Assembly: GCA_013265495.1 (NCBI GenBank)
Contig: MU058384.1
Coordinates: 3,137,010 to 3,201,009, forward strand
Length of the DNA stretch: 64,000 nucleotides
Reading direction: 5' to 3'
From: Vicugna vicugna
Lineage: Eukaryota
This document shows, piece by piece, positions 10,505-23,969 of the stretch. Positions within the stretch are counted from its first letter, which is position 1. Each line of letters begins with the position of its first letter. The notes beneath the pieces are model-generated. The model had not been told where the DNA came from. It did no database searches and saw only the letters and a list, made by a program, of their open reading frames with translations. Position numbers and translations under genes: made by a program.

Positions 10505-12424
10505 TAGGGTACAAGGAAAAGGAAACAGAGGTATTCATTTTTTAATTAACAAAATATAAAGGACTCTAATTTTTTTTAAAAAAGAATTTTTAAAAGAATG
10601 AAAAGCATCAAAATGTGTTCATAAGTTATAGGTTCAAATTTTTAAAGCAATGGCTACATTTCTTAATCAGGGAAAAATCATTTTTATAAGGTAAGAAGAA
10701 CCGGATGCTTTCTAAAAATTTTAGCCCGTGAACCCAGATTTCTAGTTTTTCCATCAGATTATCACCATCAACCAAATAAAACACAAAAATTATTCGGGGA
10801 AATCAAATAAAACCTGTAATTAATCTTCCAATTATCCCCAGTCTTCTGCTTCAGAGGATTCTGCACACTGGCAATGCCATACATGGGTGCTGACCGTGTG
10901 TGAATTCCCAGGCGAGGTTAGTACTTGAGGTGTGCTGAGTGCAGATTTCTACTCACTGTAGCATTTTACTTGAGGGCATTTTAAAGAGTCCAATATGTAT
11001 GTAACAGAAAGCAAACATTTTGTGTCAACACATTCAGTGGCAGCTGCCCCTGGAAAAGGCATTGCCATGTGTATTTACTCCATTCTGATCTGACACACGT
11101 TGAGTACCATAAACATCACACTGAGAGGCTTCATTTAGTTAGGCTGCCTGCCAGACTTGGGGGGAAAATCCACACCAAACACGCCTGTGAGCACTGTCTT
11201 GAAAACGAAGCGTGGAAGCTGTTGAATGCCTTGTCCTGAAGTTTCTGGAAGATTCCTGGCCCTGCAGCCACACCTCGAGACACATTTACTTCTTTCCCCA
11301 GAACATACCCTATTGTTTACTCAGAAAATTGCTCCTTTGGGCACTGATTCCAGCTTCACTGAATATGTTCTAGGAAAGAAGCCTGAGCTGTCTTCATTTG
11401 AGGAATCTTTGACTGTCAACAGAAAAGGAAATTCATCTTCAAATGTGGTTTTTCCCTACTCCGTTATTTTTTATCTAATTTAAAAGGTTTTCAAAAATGG
11501 CTACACATCAATGCAATCATAGTCTGTTGCTCAATGGAAATGTTATAGCTACCAAACACAGCCATGGTTCTCATTTCAGTGTTTCACTTGTCGATTGATG
11601 ACAATGTGAAGATTTTCGAGCCAAAGCAATGAGTGGTTTTTTTGTATTTCACTTTCATCTTTCCTTATTGAGTAACCTTTTATTTGGGAACATTGATTGC
11701 TCCATGCCATTTGCTTAACGGTTTTGACTTCATCCCGTCGGGCATCAGATTGGAGTAATCAAAGGAACAGAAAGTCACATTGCCCAATTTCTAGTGATAT
11801 CAACCAAATTGCACGAAAACTAAGGCCAAAAATAAGTATTCAAAAATGCAAATGCATTTTAGAACGGATAATAAATTTCAGAAAAGCTGCTCTGTTGTTT
11901 TCAATTTGTGCTGGCATTAAATTTTGACTCTACAGGAATAGAGCAGGCAGAGAGGCAGGCAAACCAAGCAACTGTCTTACAGCCCCTCAGCCTCAGTAGT
12001 CACTCGCTGTGCACACTCACGCTCAAATACAGGAATTAATCAGCGTAGCATGTGTGGCAAAGAGCTGAGATTCTTTGACAAAGGAGTTCAGTTGTGCTAG
12101 AGGAGAGACACACCCCTTCATTATTTGAAGACAGTCTCTGCAAGTACCAGTCTCATTCCTTCGAAGTCTCACCGAGGCTGTCCTCCCACTGTTTATTCCG
12201 CATCAGACTTGCTCCTTTATATGTTCTAACACCCTGCAGTCCATATAATGAATATCATTTATTTGTATGACTTTTGTTTTCATGACAACTTGTATGTTGT
12301 CTACTAAGATCTACCAATCTTCCCAGGGGAGTGGGGGATAGGGGAACCATTTCTTTGACCAAATTGTCTACGTGTGGAATCAAGTTTCAGTTTTGTTGTC
12401 AGAAGGAAAGCCATTGAAGCTTTC

Positions 12425-12927
12425 TACACTGGGTATCTCCTGCCCCTCCAGACCCCAAGCCCTGCTCTGTGTCCTGGGAACCAGGCTTTACAGCCTAGGC
12501 CAATAAGCACACTTGCCCTCTGGTCTCTAGTTGGATTTGGCCAATATGGGGCCCTGGCGAGAGGTCGGAGGGAATAGAAGTGCGTGGTTGGAGTTTTTGT
12601 TACCAATTCTTTGAGGGCATCTCTGCATTAAGTGGCTCTTTTCCTTGACCTAAGATCACAGCTCCTGATAGGCAGCCTCTCTGTATAGATCTCTCCCCTA
12701 TCTCTTTCTCTTCTTTGGGAACCCCGTCTTTGCCTTCCCTATCAGGACTGGGAATTAAAGGGAGCCCCAGAATGCTGTCACTCTTACTAATTCTGGGGTA
12801 TTGCAGTAGCCCTTGTGGTTTTCCAGTACCCTACTCATCCTTTTTCTATCTGTCCCTTTATTAAACTCTCTTCAAATTACCTTATTTGCATGTACTACCT
12901 CTATCCCAGCAGACCCTGTCTGATGCA
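12425..12927 (+). mobile_element. ERVL LTR, LTR33-like
   Basis: CTTGCCCTCTGGTCTCTAGTTGGATTTGGCCAAT...CCCTTTATTAAACTCTCTTCAAATTACC...CTGATGCA resembles recalled LTR33. Confidence 0.7.
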
Positions 12928-13007
12928 TCTAATGTAGAAGTTGGTGTAAACTTATGCATTATGTTTACAGGATCCTTGAAACTATTATCAATCGGAGGCA
13001 GAAACAT

Positions 13008-13420
13008 TGTTCTGTAATGAAGAGTCTGGCTCCATTTTTGATGTTTGGAGACACCTTTTAAGCCCTAATCCTTCCCTTCCTCTCTTGCCCCAAACTAGAA
13101 GAGCTGATAAGAGAGCCTGGGTTCTCCCTCCCTTGGTTCCAGGAAGTTCAAATCACATAAGCCCTGGCTGTGCCCAAGAACCCTCACCCCAGCCCCATCC
13201 CATAACCACAACAAAAGCCAAGCCAGCATCCTTTCCCTGATCTCTCTCAGGTCACTTCAGACCTGCTTGGGAGGCTGCTCTGCTCTTTCCAGAAAGCCTT
13301 ACTGTATGAGTCATAAACCTTTTTCATGCTCCCTTGGTACATACGTGGCCATTAGTCTTGACATTTGAACCAGACTTGGGGTAGAGAGGTCTATTGTGTT
13401 TCTGTGGAGTGACCACAATA
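13008..13420 (+). mobile_element. ERVL solo LTR, MER74-like
   Basis: Starts TGTTCTGTAA; GAGTCTGGCTCCATTTTTGATGTTTG and AGCTGATAAGAGAGCCTGGG motifs; ends GTGACCACAATA. Confidence 0.65.
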
Positions 13421-14469
13421 ATCTTCATCCACGAGCTACCCATGAATTCTCATTCAACTGACACAAACACATCCAGCACAGATTCAGCAATACATGATTT
13501 GCTAATAGTAGGGGCAAGAAAGAGAGCTGCCAGTGGCCTGCTCCCTCCAGTCACAGAGCCCAGACCGGGACCAGCAGGAAAGAAGCCATGCCCCTCCTCT
13601 CCTGGTCTGTTTCCCTCCTGAATCCTTCTTGGGTGTAAGTTGACGTGGGTCATTGAAGAGGTTTTTCAAGGGGAACTTTGGTAGTAGGAGATTTTTCTCA
13701 TCAAAAGTCAATTCTGTAACTACAGCCTCTCCCACCCCAGGATAATCAGAGCCTCTACTTACTCCTTCAGGATTTACCAAGTGTTTCCTCTTTTTGGTTA
13801 AGGCTGCTTTGGCTTGCAAATAACTAAAATGTACACTAGCTAGCTTCAGGAAAGGAAAAGAAGGCTGGGAGACTAGGATGAGAGCTCAGGAATCAGAGAC
13901 TGGAGGTGGCGCTGGTCTTCCCTAGGAGCCCCCCCCACCACTCTCCTAGTCTCTGGGCCTCTCTGAACTTAACAATGACACAGCAGTCTGACACACTCAC
14001 CAAGCTGCTCTCTGTCTCCAGACCTGCCAACGAGCTGATCCCTGATCTGTCTGCCTGAAGCCCTTCCCGGGCGGAATGCTTGCTTAGCCAAGTCCTATCC
14101 ATCCTTCACATCTCAGTCAGATGTCACTTTCTCTGGGACATTTGTCTGCACCTTGGACTTCCAGTGAGCTCTCACCATGCTATGTGGTGATCCACCTGAG
14201 GGATTCCTGCCTGTACCCCTCACTCAGTAAAACCTATAGAAAAAGAGAGACCATCACTTCGAGTTAGCAACTAAAAAGCAGATGCCCAGATAGATGTGAA
14301 TTTCAAATAACAAATTCTTTTAAGATATAATTAATGTCCTGCAATGTTTTCATATGCTAAGTCTGGCAACTGTTCCATGATCTTCTTCACACCTCACACA
14401 GAGCTAGCAGGCAGTGAGTACTCAGTAAATATGTACTGAATGAATAGAGGTAGATGTGGCGGCCACATG

Positions 14470-15185
14470 CTGATACCCACTACAGCATTCCAAGATCCCA
14501 GCATTTCTCACCTGGGTTACAGAGAGCTGCCTTCCTGGCCTCCCTTCATTTCCTCAAGTCTGCCTCCAATGTATTCTCCACAAGGCAGGAACGTGAGTCT
14601 TTTCAAAACACAATTAGCTTCATGACAGCACCATCACCCCTACTTGTCAACCCCATTTAATCCCCTGCATGACTTCCCATGAGTTTTAAGTTCAAGGCAA
14701 CACTCCTTAAGAAGGCCTATGAGGTTTTGTGCGGTCCACCCCCTCCCAGCCACGCCATCCTCATCACCCCATCTCCCTCTTGCTTCTCTGTTCTGGCCAC
14801 ACAGAACTTTTGTGACCATATACTTGCTATGCTCACTCTGCCACAGGGCCTTTGCTTATGCCATTTCCTTTTGTCTGAAATGTTTCCTGCTCTCCTGTTT
14901 CCTATTTAATTCTATTTCCTCCTCCAGACCTCATTAGAGCATCCCTTCCTCAGAGAAGTCTTGCCTAACTTCCCTTGTTGGACCAAGTCCATCTGTGATC
15001 TGCTACATGTGTCGCAAGCAAAATTTTAAATACATTCATGTGGATATTTGATTAATACCTTTCTCTTTGAAGATATGGTTGCCTCTTTGAGGACAGGGAC
15101 AGAGTTTTGTTTGTGGCTACATCTCTGGTAAGTAACATCATACCTGGCACGTGACTGGGCTCAAAAATTGTTTAGTGAATGTGAG
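14470..15185 (+). mobile_element. L2 3' fragment
   Basis: Pyrimidine-rich L2 body ending ATACCTGGCACGTGACTGGGCTCAAAAATTGTTTAGTGAAT. Confidence 0.7.
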
Positions 15186-15247
15186 AGTGTCTGAAAGCCC
15201 AGGCTATGAAGTCAGGAGGAAGCTGGTTTACTAATACTGTCTCCACC

Positions 15248-15905
15248 CAGTGATGTGTTGGACCAGGCTTGTATTGGCTTATGAGAATCTGTTGTTAAAT
15301 TTTCAGGGACTTGGAAGCCAGTTATTAAACATGGACTTTATTTAAAAAAAAATTCTATAACTTAATTAAAGTAAATAATTGTGTTCAAAACAAAGACAAT
15401 ATAAAGTCAAAGTTCATCCTTTTTCAGTCATGTGACTGTTTCATGTGCTCCTGAGCTTATTTGTACCCTGTACCCAGGGGATGGAAATTCCATATCATGG
15501 TGTGTCGCTGTACATCTCTTCAGAACTCCACACCCTGTGAATCGGGAGCTTGAAATCAGCCATGGTTGGGTATTTACACTGTAGAGACAGGCAAATGCTA
15601 TAAATTGGTATTTGCTACATTATTTTAATTCATTGCTAGACTTTAAAAAATGTAATAAAGAGAATGTTGATAATGGGGATTATACACAAAAGTGTGCCAT
15701 CTCTGTACCTGTTGCACGTTGAATAGCACCCAAAATTTGAGAAAACATTCTTCCAGTGTTCAAAAATGATCCTCCAGTTCAGCAAAGAGATGGTTCATGG
15801 CACTGCTGGGACAAGAAAAGTTCCAACACATCTACGATGTTTCATTTTCCTCTGACTTGTTATCACAAATGAAAGCACCAACTAACATTCGAGTTGGAAT
15901 TACAC
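15248..15905. mobile_element. hAT-Blackjack element, longer MER63-like
   Basis: CAGTGATGTGTTGGACCAGGCTTG...GTTGTTAAATTTTCAGG terminus; shares motifs with the 1074-1269 copy. Confidence 0.65.
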
Positions 15906-16109
15906 TGTGTTCTGGCTGCTAGAAATTCACCAGCCCATCATTGCCTCCACCTCACACTAGCTGGAAGTCCTTGGGAAAATTACTGAAGCCCCGACCACGT
16001 ACCACACGTAGAACAGACCCAGTAATGACACATATGGCAGTCAGCCCGGTGTCCCCGACATGATGAATTTCCCCATGTGTAGCTTCTCCCACCCCTAATA
16101 TCAGTCCTA

Positions 16110-16600
16110 CCATTAATTCTGTTTAAAATTTCCACTCAATTTTTGGAATAGATTATACATGCTCATGGTAAAAATTCAAAAGGTTAAGAAAAAGGTAGGG
16201 AGTGAACAATTAATCTCTCCTCCAGATTGTCCTCAGACATATAGTTCCCTCCCTAGCAGCAAACAGTGTTAGATTTTCGTACCTTCCAGAGACAATATAT
16301 GAATTTGCAAAACACGTGCATGTATATACATATATATATTCTTTTTTTAGCCATAAAAGATAACACATTATGTACACTATTCTCTTTCTTAGTTTAGTCA
16401 TGTAATAAAGTATCTTACAGAGCTCTCCAGAGCAGGCACATCGCTCACTACATACAGTGTACAGTATGCTAATGAATAGATGTAGCATCATCTTTAGAAC
16501 CACTCCCCTATCAACGGACATTTATGTTATTTCTAGACTTTTGCTGTAATAATACTGCAATGAATACCTTTGCACATGTGTCATTTCACACATATCTCTA
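16110..16600 (-). mobile_element. Old L1 (L1ME/MD-like) 3' fragment
   Basis: CCACTCCCCTATCAACGGACATTTATGTTATTTCTAGACTTTTGCTG, typical antisense L1M 3' region. Confidence 0.7.
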
Positions 16601-17240
16601 TTGGTTTTCTGGCACTTTGTTTTTAAAAATATGTGTTGAGAGCATTAACTCAGGGTGATATTGACTCACGATCAGAGCCAGCCCAACCAGCTCGCTAAAA
16701 CATTTACTGAATGTTTACCCTGTGGCCAGCACCACCATTTTATTTAAAGGTGTTAAATATTAAGTAAAATTACATACTGGGGACAGAGAGAGGAGTGTTG
16801 ACTTTACTTGAAGAGGACACTAATAAGCTGGGGAGAATATTTTTTTTTTTACTCTCATGAAACAAGAAAAATATGCTACATGTCAAAGTAAAACTAAAAA
16901 GCAAAAATAAGGACATTAAAGTATCACTGTGTTGATCATATATGTGATCAAACTTCTAGTCACTAAATAAACTGTCCTTAAAGCAAGGGGAGAATATATA
17001 ACTCTTCCAATGTCAATAGCAAAACAATTATGTCATAAAGTATGACTGCCTCTTATTTTCCTTTCTTTCAATGATTAATCCTCTTCCTTTATCTCGCTTA
17101 CTCAGCCTTCCAGAGAAAACACGCCCACTCCCCCACACAAGGAATTCACTGTAACATTTATACAAAAAGTCCGAACCACTACAATGTAGGGAGGAGTTCT
17201 TGTCGAAAGATTGGGACAACCCTCCAGGGGCTCTCTCTCT

Positions 17241-17485
17241 TTTTTAATTAAAATATGTTGAACCTATAACATTGTGTAAGTTTAAGATGTACACCGTGTT
17301 GACACTTTTGTATATTGCAGTCTGATTACCATGGTAGTGTTAACACCTCTATAACGTCACATAATTGTCATTCATTTTTGTGGTGGGAATAATTAAGATC
17401 TAGTCTCTTAGCAAGTTAGGTGTTAATGACAAGATATGGAAACAGCCTAAGTGTCCATCAAGGGATGAATGGATCAAGAAGGTTG

Positions 17486-17526
<41 letters not shown>

Positions 17527-17615
17527 AGGGAATGTTACTCAGCCGTGAGAAAAGGAAACCCTGCCACTGGGACAACACGGATGCGCCTTGAGGATATTAT
17601 GCTGATGTAAGTCAG
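17241..17615 (-). mobile_element. L1MA-like element with 5' inversion; contains (CA)18
   Basis: 17241-17416 is a minus-strand L1 3' terminus with T-tail; 17428-17615 is a plus-strand L1 piece (CAAGATATGGAAACAGCCTAAGTGTCCATCA). Confidence 0.8.
17489..17524. repeat. (CA)18 microsatellite
   Basis: Read directly. Confidence 0.98.
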
Positions 17616-17869
17616 GTGCACTCTTTTTGAAAGCCTTGAAAATAAGAGCAATGCTCTTCATATTTAAGGGCAGTGACTTCCCACAAGGTTAGGGGAGTGT
17701 TCTTGAACAGAGTCATCTTTAAAGCTGAGGTTGCCAAACTTTTTTTTTTTTTTTTAAGATTTTTCTGAAAAATGTTAAGATGCCTCAGGGCACTTTAAAT
17801 AAACATGACCTTTGTGAAGGAGCCATTGGTTACCTTGAACGAATACACATTTCTCTGCATAAAGCAGCA

Positions 17870-18030
17870 TCTTCCAGTTGACAAAGCACTTCCAAGTACA
17901 TGTGACTCTTGTGAATTTCCACAAGCCATGAGGTAAGCGGGCGATATGATTATCCTGTCTGGCTGCTGAGAACGTGAACCTCAGAGAGCATGAATGATTA
18001 GCCCAACAGGATGTAGTAAGTGGCAGAACA
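17870..18030 (-). mobile_element. MIR SINE
   Basis: AAAGCACTTCC...CCACAAGCCATGAGGTAAG...GAACCTCAGAGAG...TAAGTGGCAGA. Confidence 0.65.
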
Positions 18031-18607
18031 TAGCTTATTTTAAGAAGTGCAAATAACTCTTAAGTCTATCAATTTTCTGTAAAGGAATCTCTAATCCTAG
18101 TTCTGCTCCCTTTTCCAGCATTGAAAACTCTATTCAATGAAGTTAAACTAATATACTTAAAGAACTTAGATTCCAAAAGAAGAAACAAATCACATACTAA
18201 AAAAAAGGATACTGAAATTCAGGGCAAAAATAGATGGGGAACAAGAGAGTGAGAAGTAAAGTATCTATGAGCTCAAGGAATCAAAAAAATGGCATGTGAA
18301 GCCATGCCTTAGAGAGTCGGTAAGGTTTTTAATGGAGCAGAAAGCTATTCTAGGAGATTGAATAAGTCTCTAAATTGCTTGGAAAACACTGGCCATGCTA
18401 TGGGAATTGTCTAGTTTGACAGCAGCATTGGTTTCAGGCTGTAATAGGAAGAAAATCTCTTTGGCTAAGGAAAGCTAGCTTTTTGAAAGCCCTGAGTGCC
18501 AAAGTCGGGAAGAGAATTCAATGTCCTGGGCAGTGGGGAGCTTTGAAGGTTTCCCAATAGCTGGCCTGCATTCCCGCAGTCCTGGAGGTCAGTTGGTTAG
18601 CTGAGCA

Positions 18608-18608
<1 letters not shown>

Positions 18609-18638
<30 letters not shown>
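18609..18638. repeat. (CA)15 microsatellite
   Basis: Read directly. Confidence 0.98.
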
Positions 18639-18639
<1 letters not shown>

Positions 18640-19129
18640 GACTCCATCCTTGTAGTCCTAGGTTTGTGTCTCCTGACCTGAGCACCAAGCTAGCAGTTTT
18701 AATGCTGGATCCCCTGTTATTTCCGATCATTATATCCTTGTCATTTGTCAAAAAAATCTAACACTGAAAGTTTTTAAATACAATTTTGGCACAAACAGTG
18801 ATTTTTTCGCAGGAAGGTGGGGGTGAGTAATTTGGCAATAATACTAAGAATAGGAAAGGAAGAAACAGAAGATGGGAAATGGGTTTATGGGATTATAAAC
18901 TCTTATGGGAGAAGCAAGAGGGGAAAAGATGTAGGGAGGCAGTGGTAGAGCTAGAGAAGGGGGGTCAGTATAGGAGGCGCTGCAGACTTGTGAGAACGAG
19001 GACGGTTTGAGAATGTTAGGTGGCCCGAGAGGACAGTGGTTCTAGAGTGAACAAATCATTTGGTCATTAATTCAACAGGTGCTCATTGTGTAACAGCTAG
19101 GTGCCGGGCACCGTGCACAGTCTGGCTTG

Positions 19130-20330
19130 TTCACCTCCCTTTCCCTGCCATTCAGCCTCTGCAGTTCGCCCTGCCCACATGGCACTGGCAGAAGACATCA
19201 TTGGCTCACAGGTTGACAATGCAGGGGTCACCTTCCAGTTTTTTTTTTCTTCACTTAAAACTCTGTAACATTTGACACTGTTGGCTCCTCTCTGCCTCCT
19301 AAAACTCTCTACCTCCTTTGCACCCAGTAAACTTCTTTTTCCTGATTTTCCTGGGACCTATCTAGCTCTTCCTTCTGATTCTCTGCTGTGATCTCTTCAT
19401 CCATCCCTTACTCCTTCCCAGCAGGGTTCACCAGAGCTGTCCTTGGCCCTCAGTGCACCTCAGGCCACATATTCATCTTCAGCGATTCCATCCTCACTGG
19501 CTTCAGTCACCACCGTTCCAGAGAATTCCCAGGCCAGGCCATTCTGCTCTTAACACAGAAGATCCTGCTGTTCTTGCTGAATTGATTTTGCTGAATGGAT
19601 TCACTTACATGTCCTTCAAGCTCAACATGGGCCGAAGGAAACTTGAGCATCTTTCCTTTAAAATCTGTTCTACTTCCTGTTGTCTCGACATGTTAACACT
19701 ATTCACCCAGCTGCCTGAGTCTGCCTCTCACCTTGTCCTCTTCCTATCTTCTCTCTCCAACATCTAGTCACCAAGGTTTGATGAGTCCACTACTGTGTGT
19801 TGTATGTTGTATATTTCTCCTTCTCTTTTTCTATGGCTGGCCTTTTCAAAACTTCTCATCTGGACACTGCAATAATTCATCCCCTGACGACAGCCTTATT
19901 CCCTCTCCACCCTTCATGCTGCTACCACTTCATTTCCCTACTTAAAAATTTCCAATGTCTTTGCACAGCTTATAAGGTAAAAATCAGCTCCACTGGTTTA
20001 TTACATGTGGCCCTTCATGACTGACCCTTGGTGACCTCTCTCTAGCCTCTGCTTTCCCACATAGAATGTCCTCTCTATCATCAAACCAAAGTACATTCAG
20101 ATCCTGGGACAGGGCAAATAAACCCTTTCATCCATGCTGTTTTGTCTGCTTGAAATTGTCTTTTCTCCTCTTGTCCACCTCAAATCCTTCAAAACTTAAC
20201 CCTGTAATCGCTGATCCTCAGCCTGATTATACATCTTTCTCCTGTGTTCCTACAATGCTGGGTGAGGCACTTGTCAGACGACTATCATTGCTAATGTACA
20301 CGTATGTCTTTTCTGTCAAGTTTTGAAAAA
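19130..20330 (+). mobile_element. L2 fragment
   Basis: ACATTTGACACTGTTGG (RT AFDTV-like), CTTCAAGCTCAACATG and other L2 landmarks. Confidence 0.7.
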
Positions 20331-20442
20331 TCATGATTTACTCAACTCACATTTTCCCGAGTGAGCTCATATCCTCCATCAGGTTGCTCTTTCATGAGGT
20401 GCACACTCATGTGTACTTGTATGTATGTGGGTACAATTGCGG

Positions 20443-20545
20443 AGGGAGAGAGAGAAAGAGGCAGAGAGGAGAGGAAAGCAGAAGGGAAGAGAAGGAAAGA
20501 GAAAAAAGAGAAGGAAGGGAAAAGGGAAGAGGAGAGAGGAGGGGG
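20443..20545. repeat. GA-rich low-complexity tract
   Basis: ~100 bp of almost pure purines. Confidence 0.95.
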
Positions 20546-23203
20546 GCAGAATAAGAATATAAGCTTGTTGGTTAGCTTGGAGTCAAAGTTGGGAGAGAGT
20601 TTTTCTTTGATACCCCATTTTTTTCTGTAAAATGCAAAATGAAGTTGTCTTCTGAGTGGGGACCTGGAGGAAAGCAATAAAATCTTGACATAGTTGTGGT
20701 GGGGAAAGGGAGAAGGTGTCAACTCGGGACATACAGAAGAACTTCTGACTTCTGGGCAGCATCAGTGGCCCAGCTGGTGCTGCAGTCCTGGAATTTATAG
20801 TGGCTCCCCCATTAAGGTTTTCTATGGAATCCATGATGAGTCCCCTCCGTGATCAAACACCTTTGTTCTTAACTGCTCTGGGAAAACTCTGTGGCACATT
20901 GGCAAATTCAGACCTAACAGAGGTCAGTCAGGAAATTTTCCAATTGGGTTTTCTGTATCCTATGCCCTTTGGGGCAGAGATACACCTAAAACTCCGCAGC
21001 CTCCAGGGCTCAGCTTCCTGGGTTCCCCCCAGGGCCCTCCCAGAAGACAGCACACCCTCTTCCAGCTGAGCAGCTCCAATTGGAGATATTCCAAAACGGA
21101 TGTCATGGCTTAGGACATTCCACTTGCTACAGGACCAGAACCATTACCTGCCTGACTTTGAGCCTCCTCCAAATGACTGTGCCATCCATTCTAAAATTTA
21201 TGTTGATACAAGAATAGAGATAACCGAGCCTAAAATAATCATCAATTCAACTAAAATTGGCCATTAAAAAATATAAGCAGCATGGCCCGTGTGCTCCCCA
21301 TTGCTCTAAGAGCAGTCAGTGCCACAGCATTTGGCATTTAGCCCCAAATCCCTTTATGAGGGCTGTGTAAGGTCACAGAAACTAAATACAAAAGGATCCC
21401 AAAGAAACTGAACCTGGTATTTTCCTGCATCCTCGGGATTAAGAGCTGGAAAGAAACAGCTCTCAATTTTATTGGCTTGCCTCGTTGAGGGTATAACCAC
21501 CTCTCTCAAATTGCATCTAATAGTTTCCCACTAAAATATTCATCAGCCTCTTCTCCAAGGCATTGATTCCTCAACTATGCCTGAGATTCAAATGATTTGT
21601 AAAAAGTACTGCTGGATGAAGTACTGCCCAGAGTGCAATCCTTTACAGGCAGGAGTCAAGGCTGTTTTCCATAATTTAGGACATAAAACTGGATTTTTTT
21701 TAAACTAGGAGCTCTAAAATTGACCTTTGCCTTGGAAATGAGAGTGGTACCCGCAGGTTTTCCTAGGAATACAAACTGATTCCAAGAGGCAAAGGAAGGT
21801 GGTGTGGATGCTCATAGAAAAGAATGCTAAATACTGCAATGAAATAATACAGAGGCTGTTCTTAAAGGAGAATCTGAGTGTTGAGAACTCTCTCGTTTTC
21901 TCTCTCTCTCCCTCACAGTGTGAGGGTGCCTCGGCGATACAGAGGATTATTCTCTAAAACTCGGAAGCCCCCAAAAGCTGCCTCTCCCAGCAGGTTCGCC
22001 ACGGACTCGGTCCTCCCGCTAGAGCGGCATTTACAGCATCCCCACTTTAACGGCAAATCCAGGTTGGAGCCGCCAGTAGGGGGTTAACATAAGCCCTAGT
22101 CCACACAATACTAGAGGCATTCGCAAACGAGGTCTGCAGTTGCTGCATACGCACATTTGGCCCACACTTCCAAAGAGGCAGTGGCTGTTGCTGCAGAGAG
22201 CACACTGCCTGCCGCTGCTGGACCATTAGTATGGAAATGAGGCATGTGTGTGACAGGTGGCCTTACAACCAACACAATTAACTTCCTCCATTAGCTGACG
22301 CTCTGACAAAACAGATGCAGCATCAATAAGCACCCCCTCCCCTGCAGAAAAGGAAAGACACATTGCAAACCCCTCATTTCTAAGGAGGAGCAGTGTAATT
22401 TCTTCTCTACACGCAAAGTGGGTGGCACTAAAGTTTGCTTTTGTCTTATTGTTCTGGTGGTTTAATATTATTATTATATTTTTTTACATTTGCCTTGCAT
22501 TCATATGGCAATGCCTCCATGGGTTAATTAGGGCTCCTGAAGTTTCTGAAAAAGAAGTCATCACAGAAAAAGAGAGGGAGAGTGAAACTGGAAGAATCAA
22601 ACTGGGATTCTCTGCTTCTCCAAGGAAATACTCAGATGTTTACCTGCCGCAGCTGTAGAGGCAATGCAGCAGGTTTCCGAGTTTTGCAATAGGTCTGCCC
22701 AGCAGCGACAATGCTAATTAGCAGAATTTTAGCAGAATTTTAGAACCTGGAAGTTGAATCTTAAGAACTTGGTGGTTCAGTAGGAAATAGTCAAAGCAAA
22801 ATGGAACCCTATAGTCTGGGAAACCAAAATCACCTTCAGAAATTTCTTCTGAGATTTTTTTTTTTAATTAAGGACAAGAAAGAGAAATCCAAGACTTTGA
22901 GACTTTCTGAAGTCATGATGATAACTTAGCAGTGGACTGTGTTTTTCTAATTAAGTTCACATCTTCTATCTTAGTAGCTCTCCTGTGCTTGTCCAGGGTT
23001 TTGAAATTCCTTTGGATACAGAACCTTCTTACAGCAGAAGCAGCGCAATTCTAAAATAATAACTTGCAAATAATACAAACGTGAATATTTAACATGTGTG
23101 GATCATTGTATATTGTAAGGGAGAAATCTCCCCAAATAATTCTGTATCATATTTAAGATATCTGTCATAACCTTCAAACCAGCTGCACTAAAGAATGGGG
23201 CGA

Positions 23204-23624
23204 ATTTGCAGCAACATGGATGGAATTGAAGATTGTCACACTAAGTGAAATAAGTCAGACAGAGAAAGAAAAATACCATATGATACCACTTATATGTTGA
23301 ATCTTAAAAAAAAATGACACAAGTGAACTTACTTACAAAACAGAGGCAGATTCACAGACATAGAAAACAAACTTACGATTACCAGAGGGGAAGTTGGGGG
23401 TTGGAGGGATAAATTGGGAGTTTGGGATCTGCAGATACTAACAACTATATATAAAATAGAAAAACAGCAAAGTTCTACTGTATAGCACAGGGAACTATAT
23501 TCAATACTTTGTAATAGCCTATAATGAAAAAGAACATGAAAAGGAATATGCATAACTGAATCACTATGCTGTACACCAGAAATTAATACAACATTGTAAA
23601 CTGACTATACTTCCATTTTAAAAA
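23204..23624 (+). mobile_element. 5'-truncated L1 3'UTR (young cetartiodactyl type)
   Basis: ATTTGCAGCAACATGGATGG...CTGACTATACTTCCA; imperfect TSD AAAGAATGGGG / AAAAGTAGGGG. Confidence 0.93.
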
Positions 23625-23969
23625 GTAGGGGAAAAAAAGACTTTTATTATAGAATTCTTTTAAAATTTGAAATATGTATTGTCTTCCTAGTGTGACTGAT
23701 CTCACATGTACTAGACCAATTATCTAGAAAAAGTTTTTTTTTAATCCACCTAAATGGAAATTCACTAATGCTTTTGCTGTGCAGTCTGAGACTTCTTTGT
23801 AGAAGCTTAAGGAATAAGGTGGAGGGCCTCAGTCCTGCTGACTTGTTCGGATGTTTGGAAAGGTCAAGAAGTAGACTTTTCCCTCCTCTGTAAGCCACCC
23901 CAGACTTCTGGAATGAGCAGACACCGATGGTTACTCAGATACTAGATATTACAAATAGCCTGTACTTTC

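Noticed and set aside
20333..20722. Overlapping ORFs with E/R/K- or S/F/L-rich tracts
   Set aside because: Translation of a GA low-complexity tract
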